Made by a program: the position numbers and the translations under genes | Notes under the pieces: model-generated | The model's input: the letters and a program-made list of their open reading frames with translations, nothing else | What the model was told of the DNA's origin: nothing | Database searches by the model: none | Shown: one piece after another, positions 1-11,630 of the stretch | Layout: every line of letters begins with the position of its first letter | How positions within the stretch are numbered: position 1 is the stretch's first letter | NCBI GenBank assembly: GCA_013239625.1 | Contig: MU053561.1 | Location: 2,310,283-2,374,282 of the forward strand | Length of the DNA: 64,000 nt | Direction of reading: 5' to 3' | DNA from: Lama guanicoe | Lineage: Eukaryota

Positions 1-910
1 ACACACACACATATATACACATATTCTTTTTCAGATTATTTTCCATTATAGGTTATTACAAGATATAGTTCCCTGTGCTATACAGTAAATCCTTGTTGTT
101 TATCTATTTTATACTTAGAGTGTATCTGTTAATCCCATACTCCTAATTTATCCCTCCCTCACCCCTTTTCCTTTGGGTAACCATAAATTCATTTTCTGAG
201 TCGGTTTTTGTTTTGTAAATAAGTCCATTTGGATCATTTTTTAGATTCCACATGTAAGTGATATTGTATCGTATTTGTCTTTCTCTGTCTGACTTACTTT
301 ACTTAGTATGATAATCTCTAGGTCCATCTGGGTTGCTGTAAATGGCAAAATCTCATTCTCTTTAATGGCGAGTTATATTTCATTGTTTATGTACACCAAA
401 TCTTCTTTATCCATTTATCTGTTGATGGACACTTAGATTGCTTCCATGTTTGGTTTGCTGTAAATAGTGCTGCTATAAACACTGGGGTCCACGTATTTTT
501 TCAAATTAAGTTTTTGTCTTCTGGACATATGCCCAAGAGTGAGTTTGCTGGATCATACGGTTATTCTTAAAGCTTTTACTTTTAAAGGAACCTCCACTGT
601 TTTCCATAGTGGCGGCACCAATTTACATTTCTACCAACAGTGTAGGAGGGTTCTCTTCCTTCTACATCCTCTCCAGTATTTATTATTTGTAGACTTTTTA
701 ATGATGGCCATTCTGACCCATGTGAGGTGATAGATACCTCATTGCAGTTTTGACCTGCATTCCTATAATAACTAGCAATGTTGAGCATCCTTTCCTGTGC
801 CTGTTGGCCATTTGTATGTCCTCTTGGAGAAATGTCTGTTTAGGTCTTCCATCTGTTTTTTTATTGGGTTGGTTTTCTTTTTTGATATTTAGTTGTATGA
901 GCTATTTGTC
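1..910 (-). mobile_element. LINE-1 3' fragment (ORF2 C-terminus and 3' UTR), degenerate
   Basis: ORF 582..788(-) GEDVEGREPSYTVGRNVNWCRHYGKQWRFL resembles the L1 ORF2 C-terminus. Typical 3' UTR motifs are present (ttttagattccacatgtaagtgat; tatagttccctgtgctatacagta). Confidence 0.9.
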
Positions 911-1819
911 AGATTTTGGTTTTTGACGTATAGTTGATTTAAAATGTTTTGTTAGTTTTTGGTGTACAGCTTAATGATTCAGCTATACGTATACATACGT
1001 CCTTTTTCATAATCTCCAAAGCCTACATATTTTAAAAACAAAATCACAAAGCCCATTTATATAATGCCATCATATAAAACAAATGTCAGTTTTAAAAGTG
1101 AAAGAAATTAATAAGTAAAATTTTGATTGGATAGGTCTATTATGTATACAAATCACAAACATGACACTTGATGTGTATCAGTGTATACTTATAACAACAT
1201 TCATGTGTATTATAACCAGTATCTGCTCTGGTGACTTTAAAATCACAGGTGCTAAAAATGACTGTCATAAACATCAAACTATACATTTTATGTCATCATC
1301 TGGAAGGTATGTTGTTTGAAAACTCTGAATTATTTATGACTCACTTAACAGAAGGGAATATAGGTTTTTTCATGAAAATATTTTATCCTAAATTGATGCA
1401 ATATCAATTATATATTTTTTAGTAGTCCGTAACCATGTCACCCAGACACTGGTGGTTATCCTGAACTACCTCCTCCTTGTGTCTTAGACCCCATTTTCAG
1501 TCAACCACCAACTTCTGTGAAACTTAACAATTTAATATCTCTTGAATCAACTACTTTTCTCCACTAATTTCTCTCCTTCTCCACTCTCACCACTGTAGTC
1601 TAAGCCAATATTCTCTGTGACCTAGACTCTCCTGATTTCACTACATTTCCTCCTGTTCTCCAATCTAGTGTTTACATTGAAACCAAAGTGATTATTTAAA
1701 CTTTTCAAAATATTGAGTGATTACAGCATTACCTTGTTTTAAGGCAAACTCTTAATGCCTTTCCATAATATGTAGGATAAAGATCAAAATACTTGACTAA
1801 AAACTCTCCTGGATCCTGC

Positions 1820-2125
1820 CTAGGGATTCCAAACTCAACAACAACCAGGTTACATATTAATTCTAATGAATTTACAAATCTAATGATTTATTTACCTGGC
1901 AACTTAACTGAGTGACATAAAATAAAGAGCTCATACCCCTCTAGAGGGAGTAGCTGTTGCCTGGATCCAGCTGAGTGTTGCCACCAGAAAATACAGACTT
2001 GGATGTTGGATATATCCTCCAATTTTTTAAGAGAAATCAGAAATCCAGACTTTTCTGTGACATTTCCTGATATGTGAATGCTGGCAACTAATTCAAACTT
2101 TTTGAACAACAAGGAGGCCAAATCT
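1820..2125. mobile_element. hAT-Charlie non-autonomous DNA transposon (MER102-like)
   Basis: agaaatccagacttttctgtgacatttcctgatatgtgaatgctggcaactaattcaaactttttga resembles the MER102 consensus as I recall it. Confidence 0.6.
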
Positions 2126-2199
2126 GACCTCTCATCTAATCTCCTCACCTAGCCCCACACCAAATAATCTCTACACCAGCCATACTGAGTATTTCTCAG

Positions 2200-2749
2200 T
2201 GATCAACCAAAGCCTTTCTGTGTGTCCCTAGTTTCTTGTTTGCAGGAAAAAGGCTTTCAGCCTCCTAGACCTCGCCTCAGTTCCAAAGGGCAGATTAACA
2301 CAGTTACTAATTAGGGGAGTGAGGGAACACGGAAAGAATAACAATAGTGCAGCCTCTTCCAGGACTGTGCATAACCAAATGATACATATCTCTAAATTCT
2401 TCCACTGGAACTAAGACTCCTACCCTGGTAGAGGATGGTAACTTCAGGCTCAGCACAATAAGTAGGTGGACCCCAGACTGCTTGGAACCTGAAGGCTGAT
2501 GATTGAGATTCCTGGAATACCACCCTGTTACCTTACCATCAATCAATGAGAGGAAGGTCACAAACCCCAGAGACCTCCTCCCCAAATTTTGCTATAAGAA
2601 CACTTCCCAGATAGCCACTGGGGAATTTGGGTCTTTAAAGGATGAGCTGCCCCATTCTCCTCGCTTGGCCTTTGCAATAAACCTTGCTCTGCTCTAAACT
2701 CCCATTTCAGTATGGCCACACTTTGCACATGAACTTGGGTTCGACAACA
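2200..2749 (+). mobile_element. Solo ERV LTR (~550 bp)
   Basis: TG...CA-type ends (ends ttcgacaaca), TATA-like gctataagaa at 2591-2600, and AATAAA at 2676-2681 followed by a U5-like tail. It splits an L2 remnant. Confidence 0.7.
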
Positions 2750-3257
2750 CTACCAAGCTTTTTTCTACCTTTAGGGCTCTCACACTTCGTGTCCTCTGCT
2801 TTGACCACTTTTTTCCCACATCTCTATTTTGCCTAGCAACCTCCTACTTTTAAGTTTCTGAGAAGCTGTTTCCTTAAGAAAGCTTTCCCTTTTCCCATTG
2901 CTTATCTCTGAGCCCTCACCCCCACTCCACAGGCTAAATCACATACTTATGGGCCCTTATATAACTGAGCACATGACACCACATCTAAAGAATAAATTTA
3001 TTTATTTAATACCTGTCATCTCCCCCCACCACCCCCACCACCATGGGAAGCTCCATAAAAGCAGGGCCTGACGTAAAGCAGGTATGCAATACCCATTTGT
3101 TCTTAAGTAGTTTGGTTATAAAATGTTCCTTTAGACAATAAGGTTCTGGTGTACTTTAAAAATATTAATTAATCCTTACCAAACTTTTCCTAAACCAGCA
3201 CAGTATTTAAAGGTTAGTAGACTCAGAATTAAAATAATTAAAACTATATAACTATTG

Positions 3258-3500
3258 ATAATAATAGCTAATATTTATTGAGCATTTACTAAATGCTAGG
3301 AACTATGCTGAGCACTTTGCAGATACTATCTCGTACAATATAACAATCTGTAAAGTGGATGTCACTGACATCCAGAGGAAGCAACTTAGGAATACAGTTA
3401 AAAAATTCGCTCAAAATTAAACATCTAATCAGTGACAAACTAGGATACAAATCCATGTAGTCTGATTCCAGAGCTTAAGCACCTAACTACTACACTAAAC
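3258..3500 (-). mobile_element. MIR SINE
   Basis: aataatagctaatatttattgagcatttactaaatgctagg ... gtctgattccagagc is the reverse complement of the MIR consensus. Confidence 0.8.
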
Positions 3501-5828
3501 TAATTAATTAAGAAGAGCCAATTCAACAAGTATCTTTTAAATACTATGAATTAGAAATAATGGCCATGATTTATTTTTATTACTTATCCATTAATGTAAG
3601 GTTCCTCATCCCTCTATCCTGCACCCTTCTCCACACACACAAAATTATGATAAATTACCAATTTGTATTTTCAAAATTAAGAAAGATGGTTTTCTGACCC
3701 ACATCCAAAACAGGTACGATCTTGGTACCAACTAAGTCTGTTAAAATATTATCTTTCTGAATTACTTTTAAATATGTTGATGTTTACATATTAATATTTT
3801 ATATTTTACATTTTAAACATCATTTGAATGATCTCTAAACTGAAATGTATTTCATTGCTTAAATTAGAAGAATTCTTATAACTACAGACTGTGTTTTCAG
3901 ATAGGGTGACAATTGATAACATACTAATAAGCAAACAAAAATAAACTGATATAACCACATAAATAAGCACAGAAATAATACAGGGATTCCTGGATACCTG
4001 ACCTCTCATTATTCAAATTCTTGCTTTCAAAAACTCAGGATCCAAATAGATTTGAATAAATTCTCACATGTATCACTTGTTATCCAGACTCTTCCTATCC
4101 AAAATCCAGGATTTGGGATTATTCAATAACCAAGCTCTCACTCCAAACTGAGGAACCAAGTAGCTTCAGATAGCGAAACGCAAGCATATGTATTTAAGGG
4201 CTACATAAATTTAAGAATTACTGTTTTAAGAAATTTAAATAGTCTTTTAAAAATGTGAATAAAATGCACATATCTGTATTTTCATTCAAATTTTAAATTT
4301 TCCTATGTGAATGTTTTTAAACTAGAATGTACCGTATTTTTTAACTTTTAGACCACACTTAAAATATAAAGGAAACTGTTAAGTATATGATAGATTACTA
4401 TAATAGAGTTAAATAATGTTAATGTGTGGCTTCAAAGATTTCTGAAGTCAGTCCTAATATATTTTTTTAATACTTATCATAGCTTGTATAAACACCAAGA
4501 GAAATAAGGTTTTCAAGGAAAATAGTACTTTCAGTGTTAATTTTTCAGCAACATATTTCACAGAATGTATCAGATTTTTCTTAAAGTCACAAAGAGTAAG
4601 GGGCAAAATAAAAGACTTGAAAAGAGTACAGAGGTTGAAAATAATAGCAAAAATTTCAAATTAATTTGGTTACAGAAGAAAAGTATGGAAAAATTTTAGA
4701 AGTAATTACTCCATAAGGTTCAGCCAAAAGTCAAAGCAGCAGGCAAATAATCAACTAGATTGAGAAAAAGGAGAAACCAGTTCTCATTACAGCAGTGCAT
4801 TTTCCCACAGTATTTAACTTACGATCACACCTCAACACAAGCTTTTCCAAAACCATCATGCTTGATGAAAAGTTAAAACTAACATCAGTTGAAAACAGAA
4901 TTCAAGCTTATGATTTTTTTTTACATACTCAAAAATTATTTTAAAACATAGAGAAAAGAGGGGAAAGATTTAGAAGGTTAAAAAAAAAACTGTAGGTCCG
5001 AAAAAAAAGTAAACTACTGTCCCAAGTTTTTCTTTTGACACAAATTACACAAATGATTTAAAGAGACTGTAACTAGAGCTCCCATTTTAAACTAATTTGG
5101 CTATATTCTCCCAAGAGCTCACTTAAGATTTGGTGATTTGAAAAATTTAATCAATCAAATTCTAAGAGTTACTTGACACATTCCAACTCTTCCATTAAAA
5201 AAAAAAATCAGAGCAAAAACTAAATTAAAAAAAAATCACCAAATCCTGTCTACAAGATTCACAAAGTGACATGACTTAAGATTCAATGATACCTTTAATT
5301 TAACTTAGTACATATAGAACACCAGAACACATCTATGGTCCCCATGTTTGGCTTCCTAAAAAGCTAAGATCCAGAGCTTTAAGCCAGAGAATGAGGGCCC
5401 TTTGGGAGAAAACAAACCCTTAGGCGATGTCAGGAGTCAATGGAACTATTTCGCTGGGTGGTACAACGACTGAATGCAACACATTCTTCATAAATGGAGG
5501 CACAGTATATGTCACTATTTCTTCAGGTTAAGTTCTCATACTCTCAATCCTCATTGGTACAACACCATCAGACACATCAGACTCAACTCCACAAACACAG
5601 CATCTCTGAGCACAAATGTTCCTCCTATATAAAAGGAAGGAGCTGGACTTTAGATGGGGCCCTAGAAGTCCTTCTGCTTTATAGTTCTATTTAACCGGTT
5701 CTGAAATAATACAACTCTCACGACTCAGGGAAAGTTACATTTTACTACCAAAAAATGACCCATTTGATGCAATAAACCATACCTTGCTCAGCTAAATGTT
5801 AATACCAGAACTTCTGAAATAAACAAAC

Positions 5829-6130
5829 CTGTGTCTGTGTTCATCTGGTCCATGGATCAGGAAAACTCCAGGGTTTTTAGCCCCTTTGCCGGCATCTACA
5901 TGAGGAATTAACACATCTTCCAAACCCAGATCAAAGCGTTTGTGTTTTGAAGAGTCTGGAAGGAAGAAGAATGCCCCAAAACACAGGGTGATGAAGGCAC
6001 TTAGAATAAGGAGGAGGATAAACTTCTCGGAAAGTCTCAATGTAGCCCTGTGATGCGGGAAGGAAGGTGGGCCCAGGTTCAGAGGTGGTATCCTTCGTCC
6101 AGAGAGGGGTAGCAGGGCTGGGGTAGTCAT
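5829..6130 (-). CDS. MAN1A2: MAN1A2 first coding exon (mannosyl-oligosaccharide 1,2-alpha-mannosidase IB; N-terminal tail, type II TM anchor, start of stem)
   Basis: The translation MTTPALLPLSGRRIPPLNLGPPSFPHHRATLRLSEKFILLLILSAFITLCFGAFFFLPDSSKHKRFDLGLEDVLIPHVDAGKGAKNPGVFLIHGPDEHRH(R) matches the mammalian MAN1A2 N-terminus as I recall it. ATG is at 6130-6128 (context ACG ATG A). Similarity ends at donor CAG|GTTTGT (GT at 5828-5827), phase 2, giving 302 coding nt. Confidence 0.97.
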
Positions 6131-6880
6131 CGTTTACGCTCTTGGGCAGAATATTTTATAAAGTTCTCATCTTTTACCAAACGTACGATACACTGAACCG
6201 TCTTCAAAATCTCGGCCAAAACGGAAGAACTCAATTTTTCGCCTCCTAAGGGACTGTTGTGCTTTTCAATAAGGTACCTCTTTCACGCCCGTCCAATTAC
6301 ATGCAGAAACGCGTGTAGCTCCCAAACGATCACTAGTTTCTGTCCGGTAATAAATTTTCTGCCATTTGTCTTTCAGTACCTCATTGGGTAATTACAAGTC
6401 TCCTTCTCATTCCCAAGCAGAGATCAGGCAAGCAACACCGCAGAGAGGATGCAAGGTGGGTTCTTCCATTCCTGCACCTCGGGGAGATGCTCCAACGTGA
6501 TCTCCCGCCCCAAAAGGGAGCCTGGCGTGAACCGAGGAGTTGGGGAAGGTTCGCTTCAGCTCCTCCGAAGCTTCGATTCCAGAATCTCTTACCCTCAGTG
6601 GGGGGAAAATAAGGGGCTGGCTCCTCGGAAGTCGGCCAAGCTGGAGGAATGTCTCCCGCCCAGCCGGGAAGCCGAAGCAGCGGCGCTGGGCGAAAAGCAG
6701 GAAGGAGGGCTCGGACGCCCGCGCCTCCCGACGCAGTCCCCGGGCTCCCGGCGCCGGCGAGAGCTCCGACGCTGCCCCGTCGACGGCCGGCGCGAAGGGC
6801 ATCCGCGTCCAAAATACCTGCGCCCTGCCCGCCGCGGCGGCCGCGGCCGCTGTTGCTACCGCCCGGGTCTGTCAGGGAGC
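6131..6880 (-). other. MAN1A2: Probable MAN1A2 5' UTR (exon 1 leader) with multiple uORFs; TSS position inferred
   Basis: Continuous non-repeat sequence runs from the ATG into the CpG island and carries seven upstream ATGs on the minus strand. The upstream boundary is an estimate. Confidence 0.6.
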
Positions 6881-7720
6881 GGAACTTCCTCCTCGGCGGC
6901 CACTGAGAAGCCCCGGCGTGGGCAGGGGGAGGGGACGCGCGGCGGCCGCCCCCGCCCGGCACCTCCTCCTCCTCCTCTCTCCGCGGCCGGTTAACTTAAC
7001 CCCGGCGCGGGCACCCCGAGCGAGGCCGCCGCTGACCCTGCCGCGCCCGGTCGCGGCGACCGAGCCCCCGCGGCCCCGGAAGAAGCCGAGCCGCGGCCCC
7101 CCGGTCCGAGAGCCCGGGGCAGGCGCCTGCTCATTCCTCGCTCAGCCCGGGGGCGGCGGCAGCCCCGGGCGCACGGGAGGGGCCGCGCCTCGGGCGAGCA
7201 GAGGTCAGCTCTGTCTCCTTCCTCCCCGGCCGCCGGCCGCCGTGGGGGCCTCCTCCGCGCCGCCTCGGGTCCCTCGCAACTGCTCGCTCTGGCTGCACCG
7301 GCGGCGGCGGCGGCGGCGGGAGCGGCGGCGCGTCCACGCGGTGCGGGGCTGCGGCCCGGTCCTCGTCCTGGGGCTCCCTAGGCCGGGAGGGCGCGGAGCA
7401 GCCGGGGGCCGCCACCCGTCGGGCACACGCCGGGGAAGGAGCTGGCGTGTGGGGGTGGGGCGGATGGCGCGGGCCGGCCTCCGGCCCGGACTCGCGAGAC
7501 CGCCCGGCCCGGCCCGCGCGCCCCCCGGAAGCGCTCTGCCGCCGAGGCTTGGGCGCGCGAGGCGAGAAGGTCGCCCGTCCGCGCCCCACTTGGAACTTCA
7601 CCGGTGCCAGGCTTTGCCATTGCCAGTTCGTGGGAGTGACCGGCTTCTGGGAGACGGGGGAGGGCTCAGGTCGCCAAGGCTTCGCCGCAGTCAGGGGTTA
7701 CTGGAACTAGAGGGTCCTCA
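6600..7720. promoter_or_regulatory. CpG island promoter of MAN1A2
   Basis: Very high GC with dense CpG, GC-box (CCCCGCCC near 6950) and ETS-like CCGGAAG motifs, immediately upstream of the first coding exon. No TATA box is evident. Confidence 0.93.
7299..7331. repeat. (CGG)7 trinucleotide repeat with interrupted extension
   Basis: (CGG)7 at 7299-7319, then GAG CGG CGG CG. Confidence 0.9.
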
Positions 7721-9481
7721 TGGCTAAGGTTAACGTTTAATCTTGGTCTGGAAATCTTGTCTTTGATTATGGACCATTGGTCCCTAGGACTCAACGACTG
7801 GGTCTTCAACTCCGTACGTGCAGCGCATGTGCACGTCCTTGGCACCCGAGGCTCGATTCATCAATACTGGGTGCCGACCGTGTGCCAGGCTCTGTTAAAA
7901 ATAAAATGGTGACCTTCGGTTAGGTTTCCTGTCCCAGGGGTCTGACAGCCGCCCATATGACCCTACATGACAACAGCCTCGTTGTGGTTCAGTTTCTGGA
8001 AGACATTTCTCTCGTCATCTCCTTCACGCTTCTCACCGCCCCCTCTCCCATAAAAGACATAACAGGTATGAGCCCAGAGGTGCTAAAACCCAAAAAGACT
8101 CATTTAAAGTATTGTTTAAATTCAGGCTTGGAAGCAATCTGAGTTGAGTCTCTTATCCATAGGATTGTGAAGAACCTTTATGATTAAATACAAAAAATTT
8201 CTTTGTAATATATATTCTCACTTACAATTTACTTTGAGATTGTGTTTTATTCTGATATTAAGATAAATTGTCATTCGCTCTACACATCCCTTAGGGGTGA
8301 CTGGGAATTGGAGAGGAGTCCCTTAAGTGGCAGGGACGAAAGTCAGCCTTAGTTAAAAATCATGCAAAAATGCTCATGTTCATTGGCACAATTCAAAGTA
8401 CATTCCAGTCTGCGCTATTTCCAGAAGCTCTGCATATCTAACTACCTACCATATGACAAAAGAAGTCATTGTCATTGATCCATCAAATAAAACAAAGACA
8501 TAAAAATGTTAAGGGCCACCTCTCACCCAGTCAGGCTGGCAGTAAAAAGTGTCCGATTCAAAATGAGATTTGTGTTGGACACTTGTGAAGAGTAGATGTA
8601 AGACGTTCCCTGCCTTCCAAATGCGTCTTTATAAAACGTGCCAAATTTATTAACGTCTGTAATGCTGAGCCTCTCTGTAAGCCAAAGGAAAAGAAACACT
8701 TTGATTTCCAACTGTTGAGGTCATTATTTTCCATGGAAAGATCAGAGGAAATAAATATTGACCTCTGAATGAAATAGCAAGTTATATAAGCCTTAAAAAA
8801 AAATGTTACCTAGGTTGATACCAAATCCTGAACCACAGAGGTTTCAGTCATACGAAATCTGCTATAACCTCGCTGACAAGTATGACTTAACCAAGCTCAC
8901 CCTCATAGCCAGTGTAAAAGGCTTATGTGTCCCTTCCTCTTTCTTGCCCTTGCTTGTTTTGCAAAATTCATTTTTCCTTCAGGACAGTAAAAAATCATTA
9001 TTTAAATTAGGAGTCATTGCAGTGTCCAAACGCAGTCTGCAATTCTAAGGCCCTTGACGATGCTATCAGTTATTTTAATTCTACACCAGCTTCAAAAAGT
9101 ACTTTGTGTGTGTATGTGTGTATGTGTGTTTGTATTCTCTTCTAGAGAGTAGATCCCTCTTAAATGTTTTAAAAGAATCAATATTGTTTTGCTGATTTTC
9201 TAAAGCAAGTCTCAAATGTATTCATAAATTATGATTACAAGTATATAAAAAATATGCATATAAAAAGATTAAAAGGGAATATTTGAAAAAGATTATAGCT
9301 GTTCTATTAAGATGTTAGTATTATATATGATTTTCCTTCATGTGTTCTGTTTGTGTTACTTTTATACTAAATAAAAATTTTTAAACTGGTACTTGAGAAA
9401 GTTAAGGTCAGATTTCAAACAAGTAGACTCAGTTCTATCAAGGTGAATACACATCCAAGGGCAATCAAGAAAAAGCAGAGA

Positions 9482-9482
<1 letters not shown>

Positions 9483-9516
<34 letters not shown>

Positions 9517-9536
9517 ATATATATATATATATATAT
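9483..9536. repeat. Interrupted (TA)n microsatellite
   Basis: Two TA runs separated by AAG. Confidence 0.95.
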
Positions 9537-11379
9537 GCAACAGGGAAGTTTCTCATTCTACAGAATTCAAAGAATATTTCATTTTCAAGGAGCAATTATG
9601 CTTTGATCAAAGGTACAGACAAGATTCCAAAGTGGCAGATAAAGTGATAATTTCCCTTTTACAAATCCATATAAATTAATATTTTAGGAAATTAGAATTA
9701 TTAAATTCCTAACAAAAATTTACCCCTATATATTTCAGATTTATAGTACCATTACTGAGATCCACCTTATGTATTGCAATGTAAAAGTTATTTGTATTTG
9801 TTCAATCATATGCTAACTTCTCTGTTATTAAAACAATTTAATACCTATTACACACACACCCTCTAGCTCTGTTTTAAGTGAAACTGAAGTCATATGCTAG
9901 AGAAAAAACTACAGCTGGTATGCAAAAAGAGGCTTTTGATTTACTTATATAACCTGTTCCTTCTTAGTTTCAACTGGTTCCTAAAGTATCGAAGGAAGAT
10001 GTTAGAGGAGAAATTACCAGACCACTAAATGTGTAGAAAAATAACCAAGCTTTGGCCCGGCTCTTTCCACCCTGGCATTCTTCTATGAAGCTTTTTTCCT
10101 TAGAGGTCAGGGATAAGCTGACGTTCAATGTTATGCAACTCTCAAGTTAGCTCTAGCAAAAAGCTTTGGCTGTCCCTCTGAGCCAAAGTATTTGAGGCTC
10201 ATTTGCTTCTAAAAGACACATTTGTTGAAGGACTACAGTGTGATGCAGCCTCTACTAGGTGCTAGAGGTTTGGAGAAATAAGTCAGAATCCTTACCTCAA
10301 TGATCTCACAGTCTGAGATGGGCAGATATTCGAGCACTGACAATAACATGACATGACAGGAAAGATGCTAAAGCCCTGGGGGCTCATGGGTTCACTGAAA
10401 GGGTATACCAAAGTGAGTGGAGGAGGACTGAGAGTGTGTCAAGGAAGGTGCCTAGATCAAGTGCCACCTGAGCTGAGCCTTTAATTCACCAGCAGGAAAG
10501 AAGGGTGGTGTTCCAACATAGAGAGCAGGACATGCACGGGCATTCACAGCTGCTTTTTCCTGCCACTTATCCAGAAACCTACTTGCTTTAACCTTCCAAT
10601 AAACAGCTTGCCTGGCCCTAAACCCCCAATACTCTTGAAAGGGGAAAGTGAAATTTTCCAATTTTAGAAAAAACATATGACTCTGTAAATACATTACATA
10701 TTACTAGGGCCTCTCCCAAAGGTTAAGACAGGGCCAAGCAATGAGGAACCCTGTGCTGACAGTAAATCTGCTTCTGCTCAGAACGCAGCCATATCTAAGG
10801 CTAGTTCATCCTTAGAATTTCTCAGTTACACAAGCCTATATATTGCTTTTTTGGTCAGAATTAGTTTCTGTGGCTTGCAATGTAAAGAGTCTTGGCTAAT
10901 ACACAGCATGTCAGTGCCATGGCCGCCTGGAGGATATGAAGCATCAGTAGTTTTACAAGTGTAAAGTATCAGGGACCGGAAGAAACCCACTCTTTCAGGC
11001 AGCCAACAGGCTTAGGCCAGGGACAAAACAAGGGTAGAACCAAGAGAGAGCACTGTTTTCTTGGGCAGCGGGGGGGAAGAAGACCTAAACCTGAAAGGGC
11101 TGAACAGAAGTGACAACAAAGGTGTATCAAATCTAGCAGCCCCTATAAAAACCTTCAAAGTTAGATGCTCACATCCACCTTTATAAAGAGCAATCTGATG
11201 CCAAAGGAGGTTAAGTGTTCTTTATAAATCCTCATATTAAAGTTGTTCTTAATCCACTCCAGGCAGTTATCTTGACAATATGTTCATTGATTTATATATT
11301 CATTCATTAAATACTATTGAGCATCCACTCTCTGCCAGTGCTATGCTATGGCCTAGATATCTAAAGATAAATGAAATAT

Positions 11380-11630
11380 AGGAAGCAGCTGCATATGATG
11401 AAAGGAATCTAGACTCTGGACCAAGAGAATCCTGAGCCCAATCATGCCTCTGCCATTTACCTGTGTGACCTTGGAGGCATTAGAAACCTTCCTTAAGCTT
11501 CCTTCATCTGTAAGATTGGAATAAAAACTACATACCTCATAGGGTTGTTATGAGGATAAAATAAGATAACATATGTGATAGTGCTTCCCCCATAGTTGGG
11601 ATTCGGTAAATATTAACTATTGTTTTCATT
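11380..11630 (+). mobile_element. MIR SINE
   Basis: tctgccatttacctgtgtgaccttgg ... catctgtaagattggaataaaaactacatacctcatagggttgttatgaggataaaa matches the MIR core. Confidence 0.85.

Larger units (their letters stand above)
1420..3100 (+). mobile_element. Ancient L2 remnant interrupted by a hAT MER element and an LTR
   Basis: L2-like motifs on both sides of the insertions (cagtcaaccaccaacttctgt; ccagccatactgag ... accaagcttttttctacctttagggct; aagctccataaaagcagggc). Confidence 0.55.
1..5828 (-). other. MAN1A2: MAN1A2 intron 1 (5' part; continues beyond the window start)
   Basis: Begins at the GT donor after exon 1. It is AT-rich and repeat-filled, and I saw no exon-2 sequence (EEEERLRNK...). 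Confidence 0.9.

Noticed and set aside
5626..5635. TATATAAAAG in intron 1 as an antisense promoter
   Set aside because: It is an isolated motif in AT-rich sequence with no other support.
5792..5828. C-terminal FVYFRSSGINI of the 112-aa ORF as real coding sequence
   Set aside because: This is read-through past the exon-1 donor into intron 1.
6381..7727. Long ORFs on both strands (395, 193, 181 and 156 aa) over the CpG island
   Set aside because: They are Arg/Pro/Ala/Gly-rich low-complexity translations expected from stop-poor GC-rich DNA. They overlap in several frames and have no recognisable domain.
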